Numbered from the stretch's first letter, positions 1-13,805 are shown. The stretch: 64,000 nt of DNA from Octopus vulgaris (GCA_951406725.2 OX597835.1:3658001-3722000); one strand, 5' to 3'. The notes: generated by a model not told the origin, from the letters alone. A program made the numbers and translations.

Positions 1-62
1 CCACATCGTCACATTTGCTAACGAATCTCAAACATATACACAATCTTACACATGTGTACATG

Positions 63-101
<39 letters not shown>

Positions 102-1316
102 ACATACACACACACATGCAGAGATATAAAATACAAAATACAAACACCCGCGCAAGTATACCCTTCAACAAACACAGACATCAACAGGCACTACAAAAAT
201 TATATCATTATTATTTTTGCTGTTGTTGTTGTCGTTGGTGGTGGAGTGTTGGTGGTGGTGTGGTGGTGGTGGCTGTTGGTGTGGTTGTTGTTGATGTTGT
301 TGTTGGTGGTGGTGGTGATGGTGATTTAGAATGATTCTGATTAGGGAATTGTTCCCTGCCCCAATCGATGAGAAAGAAGCCAATGAATCAATAGACTGAG
401 AGATGAGCCCTTTCTCCCCTTTCCATTATCTATACATACCTAGCCGAAGCAATTGATGTAAGCTGTAGTGAAATGTCTTGCAGCTGAAACGGTGCAAGCT
501 CTCTACAAAGCATCGATCTTCACTCTGTGCATTCATTTGGACAATTTCTATCATTGTTCTTCTCATTCTAAAATCTCTTATCTAATAGGACTGTGTGCAT
601 GCGCGCGCGTGTGGCTGAGTACACCCCATATATCTCTGTAGCATGTAAACCCTCCTAAACACTTCATATTCTTTCCTTCCGTTGTTGTTTAATAAACTTG
701 TTATAATATATATATTGACTCCTTCGTCGCTATCTAACCAGCGAGATTTGGCTTCTGCTTCAATCCGGCCCACAAAGGTAAACGAGTCTGACACCTCTGC
801 TAGATATACACCGACACACATACATGCACACACAGAGATGGCTGTGTATCACGATGTAGGGAAAGATAAACTCGCTAAGCTCTAAAGCAAATCAATTTTG
901 GTCGACGAAAAAATTTTGCTTCATGAAAAAAAAAAAAACCAACAAAAGACAAAAAAAAACAACTAAAGACAAAACAATAAAAACAGAAGAAGCGACAACA
1001 ACGTGTGTGAGAAGATTTCAACATGACTTGATAGCAAGTTGACATGAAGCTTGTTGGAGACATTTAAATATACATCAGTGTATATAAACGTATTTAGTTT
1101 GTCTTTTTATTGTTTTGTGTGAGAGAAAGATGTACCGAGCTACACACAGCGGCATATGGCTGACAAAGTCATGTTTTATAGTTCTGATAACATCAGACTT
1201 ACGGTCAGAAGTTCTTGTTAATGCCTCGGCTAGAAAACCAAAACATAAAAGTAAATAAAAGAGAGAAAATGGGAGGATTCAAGGGGGCAGTTACACACAC
1301 ATATATATATATATAT

Positions 1317-1466
<150 letters not shown>

Positions 1467-1697
1467 ATATGTGTGTGTGTGTGTATATATGTATATATAT
1501 ATATATATATATCTGTGTGTGTGTATGTATATAAACATATATACACACATATATCTGATGTGTTAAGGGTTAAGGGTAAAGACCCCAGGAAGATGGAGTT
1601 TTCTTCATTCGTCAGATAGTATCACTGATAGGTCTCACATACACGCCGGCGTGCACACACACACACATACACACACACATACATATACACACACACA

Positions 1698-1766
<69 letters not shown>

Positions 1767-1891
1767 GTACAAACATATACGTAGTGCGCGTGTAATGAAC
1801 AAACGAAAGAAAGTGTCATTCGGCGCATTTAGTTAGAGTTGTAAGTGTTTAATAGCAGTTTGATTTAACTCGTGTAAATTATATATATATA

Positions 1892-1966
<75 letters not shown>

Positions 1967-2347
1967 GTGTGTGTGCGTGTCACACACACACACATACATA
2001 CACATAATGTACTTACTGTTCCATGATAGAATGTCACGTGGTTTGTGCCAGATGAATACGTTTGAGACATTTCTCAACGTATGAAACTATTAGTAGCACC
2101 TAAAGACATGTATTGCGTGCTTTAAATGAATAACAGACACACACACACACACACCAGTAGACATTCATATGCATCTACATTTGTACCTGATATGACCTTA
2201 TGTAACCTGCTTAGGGAAAAACTGAACCATCATCACTGGTGAGCGAGTATGAACGGGTGGCATGTACCGAGCATTCGCTAATTGCTTTAGGGACCTGTAC
2301 AGCCGCGAGCAGACATAAACAGCCACCAGGTGGATTTGCAGCATGCA

Positions 2348-2882
2348 GGTACTCATTTATAGGTGAGAAGAAGGCGGTGAGCTGGCAGAAGCGTTAGCAC
2401 GCCGGACGAAATGCTTAGCGGTATTTCGTCTGAGTTCAAATTCCGCCGAAGTCGACTTTGCCTTTCATCCTTTGGGAGTCGATAAATTAAGTACCATTTA
2501 CGCACTAGGGTCGATGTAATAGACTTAATCCAATTGTCTGTCCTTGTTTGTCCTCTCTGTGTTTAGCCCCTTGTGGGTAGTAAAGAAATAGGTATTTCGT
2601 CTGTCTTTAGGTTCTGAGTTCAAATTTCGCCGAAGTCGACTTTGCCTTTTATCCTTTCGGGGTCGATTAACTAAGTACTAATTACGCACTGGCGTCGATG
2701 TAATCGACTTAATCCGTTTGTTGGTCCTTGTTTGTCCCCTCTGTGTTTAGCCCCTTATTGGTAATAAAGAAACACATTTATAGGTGAGAAGGTGGCAAAG
2801 TAACGTGCCCAAGGAGACAAAGTACCGCTCTGTAATGGAAACGAACCTACTATCTTATAGTCGTAAACTCAAAACTCTACCG
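2348..2882 (-). mobile_element. Old SINE (family C-like) interrupted by the family A dimer
   Basis: Joining the flanks gives GGTACTCATTT...GTGAG...GCCCAAGGAGACAA...GGAAACGAACC...CTCTACC, which resembles the family C copy at 31300-31440. Confidence 0.5.
2371..2774 (+). mobile_element. tRNA-headed SINE family A, tandem dimer (head + 2 body/tail units) with 17-bp TSD
   Basis: Head AAGGCGGTGAGCTGGCAGAA, B-box-like GAGTTCAAATTCC, body GCCTTTCATCC...GTCGAT present twice. TSD CATTTATAGGTGAGAAG at 2354-2370 and 2775-2791. Confidence 0.92.
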
Positions 2883-3030
2883 GAAAAAACCACGGCATAC
2901 ATAATCTATGCATACAAATACACCCATTCAGACGTGCACATACACATAGTGGTCGGAACAATGCTTCTCATTAAAAAAAAGTTATTTCAATGGTAGTCAT
3001 TTTCGACAAAATGACAATAATTTCTTCTTA

Positions 3031-3420
3031 GTCGCAGGAGTGGCTGTGTGGTAAGTAGCTTGCTTACCAACCACATGGTTCCGGGTTCAGTCCCACTGCG
3101 TAGCACCTTGGGCAAGTGTCTTCTACTATAGCCTCGGGCTGACCAAAGCCTTGTGAGTGGATTTGGTAGACGGAAACTGAAAGAAGCCTGTCGTATATAT
3201 GTATTATATATATATATGTGTGTGTGCTTGTGTGTTTGTTTTATCCCTCCCAGCATCGCTTGACTACCGATGCTGGTGTGTTTACGTCCCCGTCACTTAG
3301 CGGTTCGGCAAAAGAGACCGATAGAATAAGTATTAGGCTTATAAAGAATAAGTCCTGGGGTCGATTTGCTCCAGCATGGCCACAGTCAAATGACTGAAAG
3401 AAGTAAAAGAGTAAAAAGAG
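3031..3420 (+). mobile_element. SINE family B (tRNA head, CORE-like motif, internal TA/TG microsatellite)
   Basis: GCAGGAGTGGCTGTGTGGTAAG...GGTTCAGTCCC head, CCTTGGGCAAGT CORE-like motif, tail CAGCATGGCCACAGTCAAATGACTGAAA followed by GTAAAAGA repeats. Matches copies at 44139, 47375 and 52444. Confidence 0.92.
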
Positions 3421-3630
3421 TTCTTCTTCTTCTTCTTCTTCTTCTTCTTCTTCTTCTTCTTCTTCTTCTTCTTCTTCTTCTTCTTCTTTCCCTTCTATTC
3501 TTAATTTTTCTCTTATTTTCTTCCTTCTCTTCTTCTTCCTACTCCTCTCCCTCATCCACCCCTCCTCCTCCTCCTCATCTTCTTTTTCTTCCTCTACTAC
3601 ATCCTCCTACTCTTCCTCCACCTCCTTCTA
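3421..3630. repeat. (TTC)n / (CCT)n polypyrimidine microsatellite
   Basis: Direct inspection; begins at the SINE 3' end. Confidence 0.95.
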
Positions 3631-4036
3631 CTCAGCCACTTGTATTTATTGACTCAACCCTCACCACATCATACACATATCTACGGCCACTATATGTCAC
3701 TATAAATATCTTAAATGCATGTTTATATCTGTGTGTCCGTGTTTGTTTGTTTGTGTGTTTGTATATATATATATATATATACGCACACACATCAAAGTGG
3801 AGTAGCTTTGGGAAAACATGGGATGATATTACATTAAAAGAGATCTGTTGGGTAAGGCCGGAACAGTACGAGAAGATATAAAGTAATCTACTAAAGGAAA
3901 GCAAAACAAATCTGGAGTTTTACTTTATATTTCTATATTTCGTGGTTAAGAGCTCTTTTTCAGGACATGTGGACTAGCGAAGGATGGAAAAGATTGTTGC
4001 TCAGATGCGCAAACTGGTGTTGCTATAGTAACCAGT

Positions 4037-4358
4037 ATAATGGAATTTACTATGTTACGCCAGACTTCACGGTCCATCATAGCATTACGGAGGTCCTGTT
4101 ACTGGATGCCTGTATCCCTGGAGATTACATCAGGGTAGGAGAGTGTGCGCCCTCTGGTATTGCGAGTAGATGGCTTCCAGAGGAGAAGAGTAGAAATTAC
4201 TTCTTTTTCAGCTCTACAACAATGTCCAGCAAACTGGACTCTCCTACCTTTCACAAGAGATGACACAGGTGGTAGTTTCCCATATATTTGCATTTTGGTT
4301 GGATGGCGCTTGTAACAGTAAATTCCATTGTCTCGACCACGGTCGAACAATGATGATG
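4037..4358 (+). mobile_element. RTE-type LINE 3' fragment with 5' inversion and 12-bp TSD
   Basis: Minus 4037-4316 encodes IYGKLPPVSSLVKGRRVQFAGHCCRAEKEVISTLLLWKPS...AMMDREVWRNIVNSI (RTE-like ORF C-terminus). Plus 4317-4358 encodes VNSIVSTTVEQ* followed by a (TGA)n tail. TSD ATAGTAACCAGT at 4025-4036 and 4359-4370. Confidence 0.88.
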
Positions 4359-4651
4359 ATAGTAACCAGTCTGCTACATTTAGTTCTTTTCTGTTTATTA
4401 TGGTTGGCCTCAGTCTGTGTATAAGGGAGAGCCTCCATGAATAAAGGCAATCTCAACACCATGGAGGCCCTTTACATCTGGGCAATGACTTTTCTCCATC
4501 CGCCGCTTGTATCATAGGCAGATAAAACTATTAGACTGTTTCCATTTTTTTTTTTTTCCTTAAAATCTGCGAACTCAGCTTTGGAGGATATGACGCCCAA
4601 CACAGAAATATTCTCTCGTTGTACAATCAGTGGTGTGCAGCCATTACTAAT

Positions 4652-4811
4652 TTATTCGATGTTGCCATATGGCTTGAATGCGAAGCGCTCGCATTCCCGT
4701 TTCTGTCTTTCCAACTTGCGAGTGACAAAGCGTTTCGTTATCTCTGAAGGGAAGACAAACGTGGATTCCTTCACAAATTCAGCAGCTGATTGTGGTAACT
4801 GCACAGTCTTC
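4652..4811 (-). CDS. Candidate terminal coding exon of an unidentified minus-strand gene
   Basis: Strong acceptor (cctcctccctcttcattttctctag), then an open frame KTVQLPQSAAEFVKESTFVFPSEITKRFVTRKLERQKRECERFAFKPYGNIE* in non-repetitive sequence. No homology recognised. Confidence 0.4.
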
Positions 4812-5173
4812 CTAGAGAAAATGAAGAGGGAGGAGGCGCAAAACACTTAAATTAATGACAACACCGTTTAACTTTGAATTAATTTTATTATGTTTAAAAA
4901 TTAAATGGTATTTTCTCTACCTTTTTTGTCTTTTCCACACCGTTGTACGTCTTTACTCGCAGTACGGCTTCGGTATTCTTCACAGCCACGCGTATTTATG
5001 TATGACTGTATTTATGCACATACGCGCGTACACACTACGCACGCACGCGCACACACAAACACACACACACATACATATAAAAGTCTGTGTGTGTCTCTCT
5101 CTCTATATATATATACACACACACATAAATACACACACATATATATATATATGTGTGTATGTGTCTGTATATG

Positions 5174-5212
<39 letters not shown>

Positions 5213-5277
5213 CTGTGTGTGTACGTTTATATATATATATATACACACATACATAAATACATACATACATACTTATA

Positions 5278-5322
<45 letters not shown>

Positions 5323-5716
5323 GTGTGTGTATGTATATATACATATACAGATATGCATATACATACATACATGTGTGTGTGTGTGTGTGTTTGTTTGGGT
5401 GTAAGTCTATGTGTGGTAGCCTATATACTCATGAGTGGGATACTTCAATTATCGTGGGGTCATTGACACTGAAGAGTACAGTTGTACTTTTGTTGTTGTT
5501 GTTAATAATAATAATAATAACAACAACAACAGCAACAACAATAATAATAGTAATAGTAATAATCTACTGCAATTTATTAATTAACCTACAAACTACATAA
5601 ATAGTTTCACTTTCATAACTTATTTACTCGTGCATATCTATCGCTACATCTATGTATATAGATACGTGTAATATGTACATTCATGCAGCACATTTATCTT
5701 TACGTATCTCACACAC

Positions 5717-5767
<51 letters not shown>

Positions 5768-5793
5768 GTATATGTATATGTATATGTATATAT

Positions 5794-5842
<49 letters not shown>

Positions 5843-5845
5843 TAC

Positions 5846-5918
<73 letters not shown>

Positions 5919-5921
5919 TAT

Positions 5922-5990
5922 TTGAGGGAATATTATTCCTAACTAACAGGGAAAAATTCAATTTAGAAATACTAAATCAAATTTCACAAA

Positions 5991-6037
<47 letters not shown>

Positions 6038-6202
6038 TATCAATTTTATCAATTCAAAATGAATAATTAAATTACACAATCTAGAAAATTACATATAATA
6101 GAAATATTAAATAATAACATAATATTTCTATTATATGTAATTTTCTAGATGGTGTAATTTAATTGTTCATTTTGAATTGATTAAAGGTGTTTTTTCCTAA
6201 TT

Positions 6203-6205
<3 letters not shown>
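5922..6205 (-). mobile_element. Fold-back remnant of a PLE-like terminus (family P1) in (TA)n
   Basis: Terminus GAGGGAATATTATTCCTAACTAACAGGGAAAA is related to 11822 and 32812. Inverted arms of about 62 bp at 6048-6109 and 6120-6181. Confidence 0.6.
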
Positions 6206-6233
<28 letters not shown>

Positions 6234-6313
6234 ATACATAGAGAAGAAAATATTCGCTCCTATACACGTTTATGAACATGAAGTTGCGCCAAGTCATTGT
6301 TATCTTAATTCCT

Positions 6314-6474
6314 AGAAGCAATGCTAACAACTGAAGTTGATCCACTGACGCCATCTTGGCGATATTGTGTCACATGTTCGTTGCTAACGCTAAGGTAGGG
6401 CGCTGTTTTCTAATATTACATATTTATCTATTCCTGCCAGGTTTTAAATCTACATTGCGTTCGTGTGTGTTTTT
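6314..6474 (+). repeat. Diverged local duplication, copy 1 (contains YY1-like CGCCATCTT)
   Basis: Aligns by eye with 9612-9777: AAGTTGAT..GACGCCAT.TTGGC..ATTGTGTCACA..GTTGC..TTTCTAATATTACAT..CTGCCA.GTTTT.AATCTA. Confidence 0.8.
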
Positions 6475-6897
6475 ATGTTGTATCTTCATTCTTCATGGTG
6501 TATTAACAAAGAAAAACCAATTTCAGATTTCGTAAGCTCTCGAGCGGCGCAAAATGTGACGGCCCACCAGAGTAATATTTTGAAAAAGGAACAAGAAAAT
6601 CTAACAAAAATTTAAATAAGCTAAAATTTATTATTACTACCCTAATTGAAACTCAAGAAATTTGCTTGCCGTAAATTTTTCGACAGTATTTTCCCTACAA
6701 TGTCAGGTTATTTTATGTTTTATGTTCTGCGTGAAGTATCTGTCAGGGTCATAAATTTAGTAAACTTTTTTTTGCCTATCGACCATCTAAGGTATGCCCA
6801 GTAGTGTATTTCTTATAACTAGCGTATGTACTACTGAAAGAAAATATCTATTTATCTATCTATCTATCTACACATACACAAACAAGTATATATATAC

Positions 6898-6961
<64 letters not shown>

Positions 6962-6999
6962 GAATATGCTACATGCATGATATATATGTATGTATATAA

Positions 7000-7046
<47 letters not shown>

Positions 7047-7060
7047 TTTCTATACATCTT

Positions 7061-7155
<95 letters not shown>

Positions 7156-7650
7156 GTGTGTGCGCGTATGGAGAATTTTCCAATTTCCTATTTTTACATA
7201 TAATTACTCGGCATCACGTATTTTTTGCCGAATTTAGCAATATTCTCGAGGGTTTTTAACTCTCTCTCATATGGATTATAAGATTTACGGATATACTTTG
7301 GAGAACGTGAATATGCAGACGCACTTCATAAGCACACAGCTTGCATTACATTATAAACCTATCTAGATACTACATATATGTATGTGTGTACGCGCGCGCG
7401 TGTCTGCCTCTGTGTGTGTGTGTGTCTGTGTACGGAGGGACGATAATCTTACAAATATTGCAATTTTCACTCTGGTTTACTCTTTTATTTCTGAGTATAA
7501 TCGAACATTACCCTTCAAAGAATTGGCGATCTTTATGAAAGTTATATTCTTCTTGGTAACTTTTTATCTTTGATTTTCTTCAGCAACTCAGAAATATCAT
7601 TCAAATATGTAAGCCGTGCGGTCTATTCCTCGTCATTTAGTCATATTCAA

Positions 7651-7734
7651 GTCTCTGATGAAGCTATAGTATGTTATCGTGGCACTCAACTAAGCGTCCA
7701 CCACCATCTTTTGTAGCAGAAACAACTGTAAGCC
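7651..7734 (+). ncRNA. Minimal type-I hammerhead ribozyme-like motif (PLE type)
   Basis: GUCU-CUGAUGA-A-stem II GCUAUAG/UUGUAGC-A-GAAAC-AACU-GUA-AGCC. Stem I has 3 of 4 positions paired. Confidence 0.55.
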
Positions 7735-7925
7735 AATAATGTTCATTTCATAACATTTGTTTTTTTTTTCGGTGTCATCCCTTTGCTTCTATTACTACCC
7801 GATACTCATCTAACATTCTGTTCTGGACCTAGTTATTAGTCTCACTAAGCCTAAATGAAATATTAATATATATATATTAATATATATGTGTGTATGTGTG
7901 TGTATATATATATAACATATATAAT

Positions 7926-7963
<38 letters not shown>

Positions 7964-8010
7964 CACTACACACTCAATAATACTATAAAAATGGTCAAAT
8001 TTTTCCAGAA

Positions 8011-8130
8011 GAACCGATAGAATAAGTACTAGGCTTACAAAGAATAAGTCCTGGGGTCGATTTTCTCGACTAAAGGCGGTGCTCCAGCATGGCCACAGTC
8101 AAATGACTGAAACAAGTAAAAAAAGTAAAA
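8011..8130 (+). mobile_element. SINE family B 3' fragment
   Basis: ACCGATAGAATAAGTACT...GGCGGTGCTCCAGCATGGCCACAGTCAAATGACTGAAACAAGTAAAA. Confidence 0.9.
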
Positions 8131-8290
8131 TGGTAATTATTTGTCTATATTTACAAACGTGTTTGCAACTCTTATGGAAGAAGGATCTGTTTATCTTCCT
8201 TGAAAATTGAAAATTAAAAAATTGCAACGATGTTTCTTTCACTAACCAGACGGGCCTATAACAACAGGACTACACAACTTTATGCATAGA

Positions 8291-8396
8291 TGCACCTGAT
8301 GAGACCTAGACTGCAAAATTGATGCAACACAACATGTTGAACTGACTCCCACCCACAAGGGACAACAGCAGGATGGGTCGAAACGACCGTTCTACA
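8291..8396 (+). ncRNA. Hammerhead-like motif with long loop 2 and decayed stem I
   Basis: CUGAUGA (8296) GACCU...GGGUC GAAAC GACC GUU. Stem I UGCAC/CUACA has two mismatches. Confidence 0.5.
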
Positions 8397-8439
8397 AAAT
8401 AAAGATTAATACCAAATCTGTCTCCTCGTTACTTAAGAA

Positions 8440-8535
8440 ATTATCATCATCATCATCATCATCATCAACATCATCATCATCATCATCATCATTATCATCA
8501 TCATCATTATCATCATCATTATTATTATTATTATT

Positions 8536-8582
<47 letters not shown>

Positions 8583-8598
8583 TATTATTATTATTATT

Positions 8599-8650
<52 letters not shown>

Positions 8651-8680
8651 ACAACATCATCATCATCATCATTATCATCA

Positions 8681-8733
<53 letters not shown>
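8440..8733. repeat. Compound (TCA)n/(TTA)n microsatellite
   Basis: Direct inspection. Confidence 0.95.
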
Positions 8734-8736
<3 letters not shown>

Positions 8737-8902
8737 TAGTTTTATTTTTATAGCGTGCTTTCACTTCACTACCGAGCGCAGCTCTGTGTGCCTTGGGTAT
8801 GTGCTGTGATTTGTTGTGATGCTCTGATGGTTATTGTATGGAAAGTGTTCTGCGTAGGATGTGTGCAGTGCCTAGTAGTGCAATTTTCTGTATGTTATAT
8901 GT
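8734..8902 (-). mobile_element. R4/Dong-like non-LTR retrotransposon 3' end, inserted in (TAA)n
   Basis: Minus frame [22 protein letters not shown] resembles the C-terminus of RLE-endonuclease elements. The short 3' UTR runs into (AAT)n. Near-identical to 51101-51270. Confidence 0.8.
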
Positions 8903-8953
8903 TATATTATTATTATTATTATTAATATTATTATATACATATATATATACATG

Positions 8954-9124
<171 letters not shown>

Positions 9125-9346
9125 TACAGACACGTACGCATACATGGACGTCTCTTTGTATATACTTAAGACCTATTATTTTTGTTTATAAATACGTGTG
9201 CAATTGTATATTTGTGTGTGTGTGTGTTTATGTTTAAGTGTTGCTCCTATACGTGTGCGTGTGATATTTCATTCAGAAATATTTCAATTATATACTTGTC
9301 ATGGGCTGTACAGTCTACAGCTGCACTTTTAATAATAATAATAATG

Positions 9347-9385
<39 letters not shown>

Positions 9386-9475
9386 GTAACCTACAGTAAT
9401 TTATTAATTTATTTTGAAGTCTGTGTCACGTTTTTACATTCACAAAATAATAGGCATACACGCACACATGTACAA

Positions 9476-9529
<54 letters not shown>

Positions 9530-9611
9530 GCGCGCGCGCTGCTGTATGCACACATATAGAGGAATATAAATTAACGTAGACACACGCTAATTTATCGTCT
9601 AACTACTTGCG

Positions 9612-9777
9612 AGAGGCAACGCTAAACGATTGAGGTTAAGTTGATATACAGACGCCATGTTGGCTCGATTGTGTCACAGCTTGGTTGCCAATGGTGAGGG
9701 GGAATAACTGTTTCTAATATTACATTTCTATCTGCTGCTGCCATGTTTTCAATCTAAATTATGTTTGTGTACGTTTT
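9612..9777 (+). repeat. Diverged local duplication, copy 2
   Basis: Aligns with 6314-6474; upstream flanks also align (about 5440-5580 vs 9277-9410). Confidence 0.8.
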
Positions 9778-9892
9778 ACAAGTTTTGTGTTGGCTGCTCC
9801 TTCTGGAAGATGCATTGACAGATGCCTACATCGGCATGTATTAATTTCAACTATGTAGGACACACACATACACACACTATACATACATATAC

Positions 9893-9978
<86 letters not shown>

Positions 9979-9980
9979 GT

Positions 9981-10138
9981 ACTCTATTTAAAAGCAGCAG
10001 AAATATAACAAAAGCTGTTACTCAGAGTTTCACGTTCCCGTTCTTCGGACAGTTTTGTTAACAAAACTCTCCAAAGAACGGGCACGTGAAACTCTGAGTA
10101 AACGCTTTTGTCATATTTCTGCTGCTTTTAAATAAAGT
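9981..10138. mobile_element. Loopless palindrome: inverted PLE pLTR pair containing hammerhead motifs
   Basis: Arms of about 79 bp centred on TTGTT|AACAA (10059/10060). The minus-strand arm reads CUGU-CCGAAGA-ACG(GGAA)CGU-GAAACUC-U-GAGUA-ACAG. Confidence 0.75.
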
Positions 10139-10208
10139 GTATTACTCTACCTCTGGTATTTGAGTACTCTTTTTTCCACCTTGTTTCACATTTATGTGCT
10201 TACTCCGG

Positions 10209-10301
<93 letters not shown>

Positions 10302-10800
10302 TATATATATATAAACTCACACACAATATATACGTATATGGTAAACACGGAAATTTTTTGGCTTCCATCATCTACAAAGTTTTGACCACGTTGTATCTTG
10401 TTCAGTTTTCGCTCATTCGGAGCCATTCATAACCTCTCTTTAAAATATCAGGAATATATCAACAAACAGAAACATGTCGGCAAACAGTATAATAAAATGG
10501 CGATTTTAGGCGGGGTTATTATGGCAGGGTTTTAAGGATTTTAATCTCGAAACTCTGTTGCAATATTTTGGATCTATGCCGAGGGTTTGGTTTAAAAAGG
10601 CACTAGGGTTATCCTGTGGAGTTGGTTAATACACACTGCAGGGAATTAACTCCTCCTCTACAACAATTAATCCGATACCTAATTAATAAAATACTGAATC
10701 CAACGTAGGAGTAAACATTACCGTTTGAAATGATAGAAACAGAAGTCAAATCTTTTAAAATTACAGGTTTTCATTTCGAAAACATGGAAAAAATGTTGAC

Positions 10801-10835
<35 letters not shown>

Positions 10836-10920
10836 TGTATATGTATGTGTGTATATATATATTTATATATATAAATGTATATACATATATACATACATTA
10901 TATCCATTTATGCATATATA

Positions 10921-11028
<108 letters not shown>

Positions 11029-11063
11029 CATACATACATACATATATATATATATATACACAC

Positions 11064-11094
<31 letters not shown>

Positions 11095-11260
11095 CTTCCA
11101 TATATATATATACATACATATATATTTACACGCACATATAAACATCTTTTGTTTGTAGAAATTTATACATGTTAAAGTCTGCATTGTGTGCGTATTATGT
11201 GTATATATATATAATATGTATGTGTGTATATATGTGTGTAAAAGAATATACATGCATGTT

Positions 11261-11297
<37 letters not shown>

Positions 11298-11747
11298 ATA
11301 CCTATATGTTTGCATGTATATATGAATGAATATATGTTTGTATGTATGAGTGTGCGTGTATGTATGTGCATCATTTAATTTATAGGTTTTTATTACATGA
11401 CGTATACCATAAACATAAATACACATCTACATAAGCACATACACCCACCTACATTCTCTTTCTAACTTTATTAGTTATAGTTATACAGTGAACAATTTTA
11501 TGAGTTATACTGTTATTATATACATTGATATAATGCTCTTCTGCAACGTATTACAGTCCAACAGCAACAAAGCTGTTGCTACAGATGCGTGTGTGCATCT
11601 TCATGAATATATATGGAATAATAATGGAGATGGAGCTGTCACCATGTTTATATGTATAGACATGTGTAAGTTCTCTGCAACGGAATGTAATTCTGTGTTT
11701 GAAAAATCCTTGTGTGTTTGAAAGGTTCGTGCGGTAGATTACGAAGC

Positions 11748-11821
<74 letters not shown>

Positions 11822-12007
11822 TAGGGAGCATATCCAAACTTACATGGAAAAATTAGATTTAGGATTAAATCAAATTTTACAGTATAAGTATAAATTAAAT
11901 TAGAGATAAAACCACTATTAGGCAAATCAAACAGTGAAAGAAATAAACCAATTGGATTATGTCTTTCACTGTTTGATTTGCCTAATACTGGTTTTATCTC
12001 TAATTTA

Positions 12008-12014
<7 letters not shown>
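11822..12014 (-). mobile_element. Fold-back remnant, family P1
   Basis: TAGGGAGCATATCCAAACTTACATGGAAAA terminus. Palindrome at 11889-12014 centred on CCAA|TTGG. Flanked by (TAA)n and (TA)n. Confidence 0.65.
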
Positions 12015-12070
<56 letters not shown>

Positions 12071-12104
12071 CATACATACATACATATATATATATATACA
12101 TACA

Positions 12105-12170
<66 letters not shown>

Positions 12171-12344
12171 TAGATAGATAGATAGATATATACATACATA
12201 TGTATGTATGTACACATATACATGCACATATATGTATATATCTATCTATCTAACTATCTCTCTCTATATGTATAATGTATTTATATATGTGCATGTATAT
12301 ATGTGTGTGTGTGTGTGTATATATATACATAGGTATGTATACAC

Positions 12345-12446
<102 letters not shown>

Positions 12447-13029
12447 GAATGTATAGCATACCAACCACACACCTACATGTGCGCGCAAGCAGGCAGATTC
12501 TCACAGTTATACAAATATATTCTTTATGAAAATTATTTTAAAAAATCCGACACAATAACATCTGAATAATTCAAATAGAAAGAGGAATTACGATAATGAT
12601 TACAAGACAGAATATTCTTTCGTTATAAGTATGTGTGCGCATGTGTAATGGCAAAATTATAACAAATATTCATTTGTTGTATATGATAATAAAATTATTC
12701 ATAGCTATAATATTATTATTGATGATGATGATGATGATGATGATGATGTCATATGATAGTAGATTTGGTATTAAAAAAGTTCAGAATATTGTACCATATA
12801 ATGGTCTAATGAGAGAAGGCGAGATGGTGGAAGCCAGAAGAGATAATTGTTCCTGTGGTAACTGGTATACTTAGCACAACATCTAAAACATTGAAGGAGA
12901 CTCGATTTGGGACTTGTATATTGTGAACCTGCAGAAAGGGTCCATGACTTTGGTAAACGGAAAAAAAAGAAGGCTGTCGTGTGAGTCTGTGTGTCTGTGA
13001 GTCTGTGAGTCTGTGTTTGATCCGGCCAA

Positions 13030-13147
13030 TAAGAGATTGGTAGAATAAGTACCAGGTTTAAAAATAAAACGCTGGGGTCGACTCCTTCGACTGAAATTCT
13101 TCAGAGCACTGCCCCAACGTGTTCGCAGTCTAGTGACTGAAACAAAT
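13030..13147 (+). mobile_element. Diverged SINE family B 3' fragment
   Basis: TAGAATAAGTACC...CTGGGGTCGA...GCAGTCTAGTGACTGAAACAA. Confidence 0.7.
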
Positions 13148-13148
13148 A

Positions 13149-13224
<76 letters not shown>

Positions 13225-13225
13225 A

Positions 13226-13290
<65 letters not shown>

Positions 13291-13524
13291 TGTACATTTA
13301 AACACATAAGAGATGGCCATATAGACAACATATTCTCAAATATAAAATAGTGTACATTTAAACACAAGAGAAAACTGCCTTCACCAGGCAGTTTTTACAT
13401 GCTAGAAGAAGCAGTCAAAACGACGAAACCCACATTTAAGAGCAATCTTCAAAAGGAATGACAAAAAAAATCTTTTACCTTGTTATTTTATTGGACCTAG
13501 GTTTCTAATTTTTTTTGCAAATGA

Positions 13525-13556
<32 letters not shown>

Positions 13557-13805
13557 GTTATAGATAGATACATAGATAAATAGATAGCTGGATGGATGGA
13601 TGGATAGATAGATACATAAATAGATAGAGAGATGCATATTTATGTCTATCATCTATATATACACTTATGTATATATTTTCATATGCTTAGAAACACACAA
13701 CACACTCTATGCAGACTGACAGTAAGTTCTTACCAAAATAAACACACATAAGTATATATACAAACACATATGTATACATACGTTTGTAGAATGTATGCAT
13801 ATATT

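Noticed and set aside
2987-3256. Recurrent peptide RQASFSFRLPNPLTR..SARGYSRRHLPK (also at 24971, 44038 and 52433)
   Set aside because: Antisense translation of SINE family B, not a gene family.
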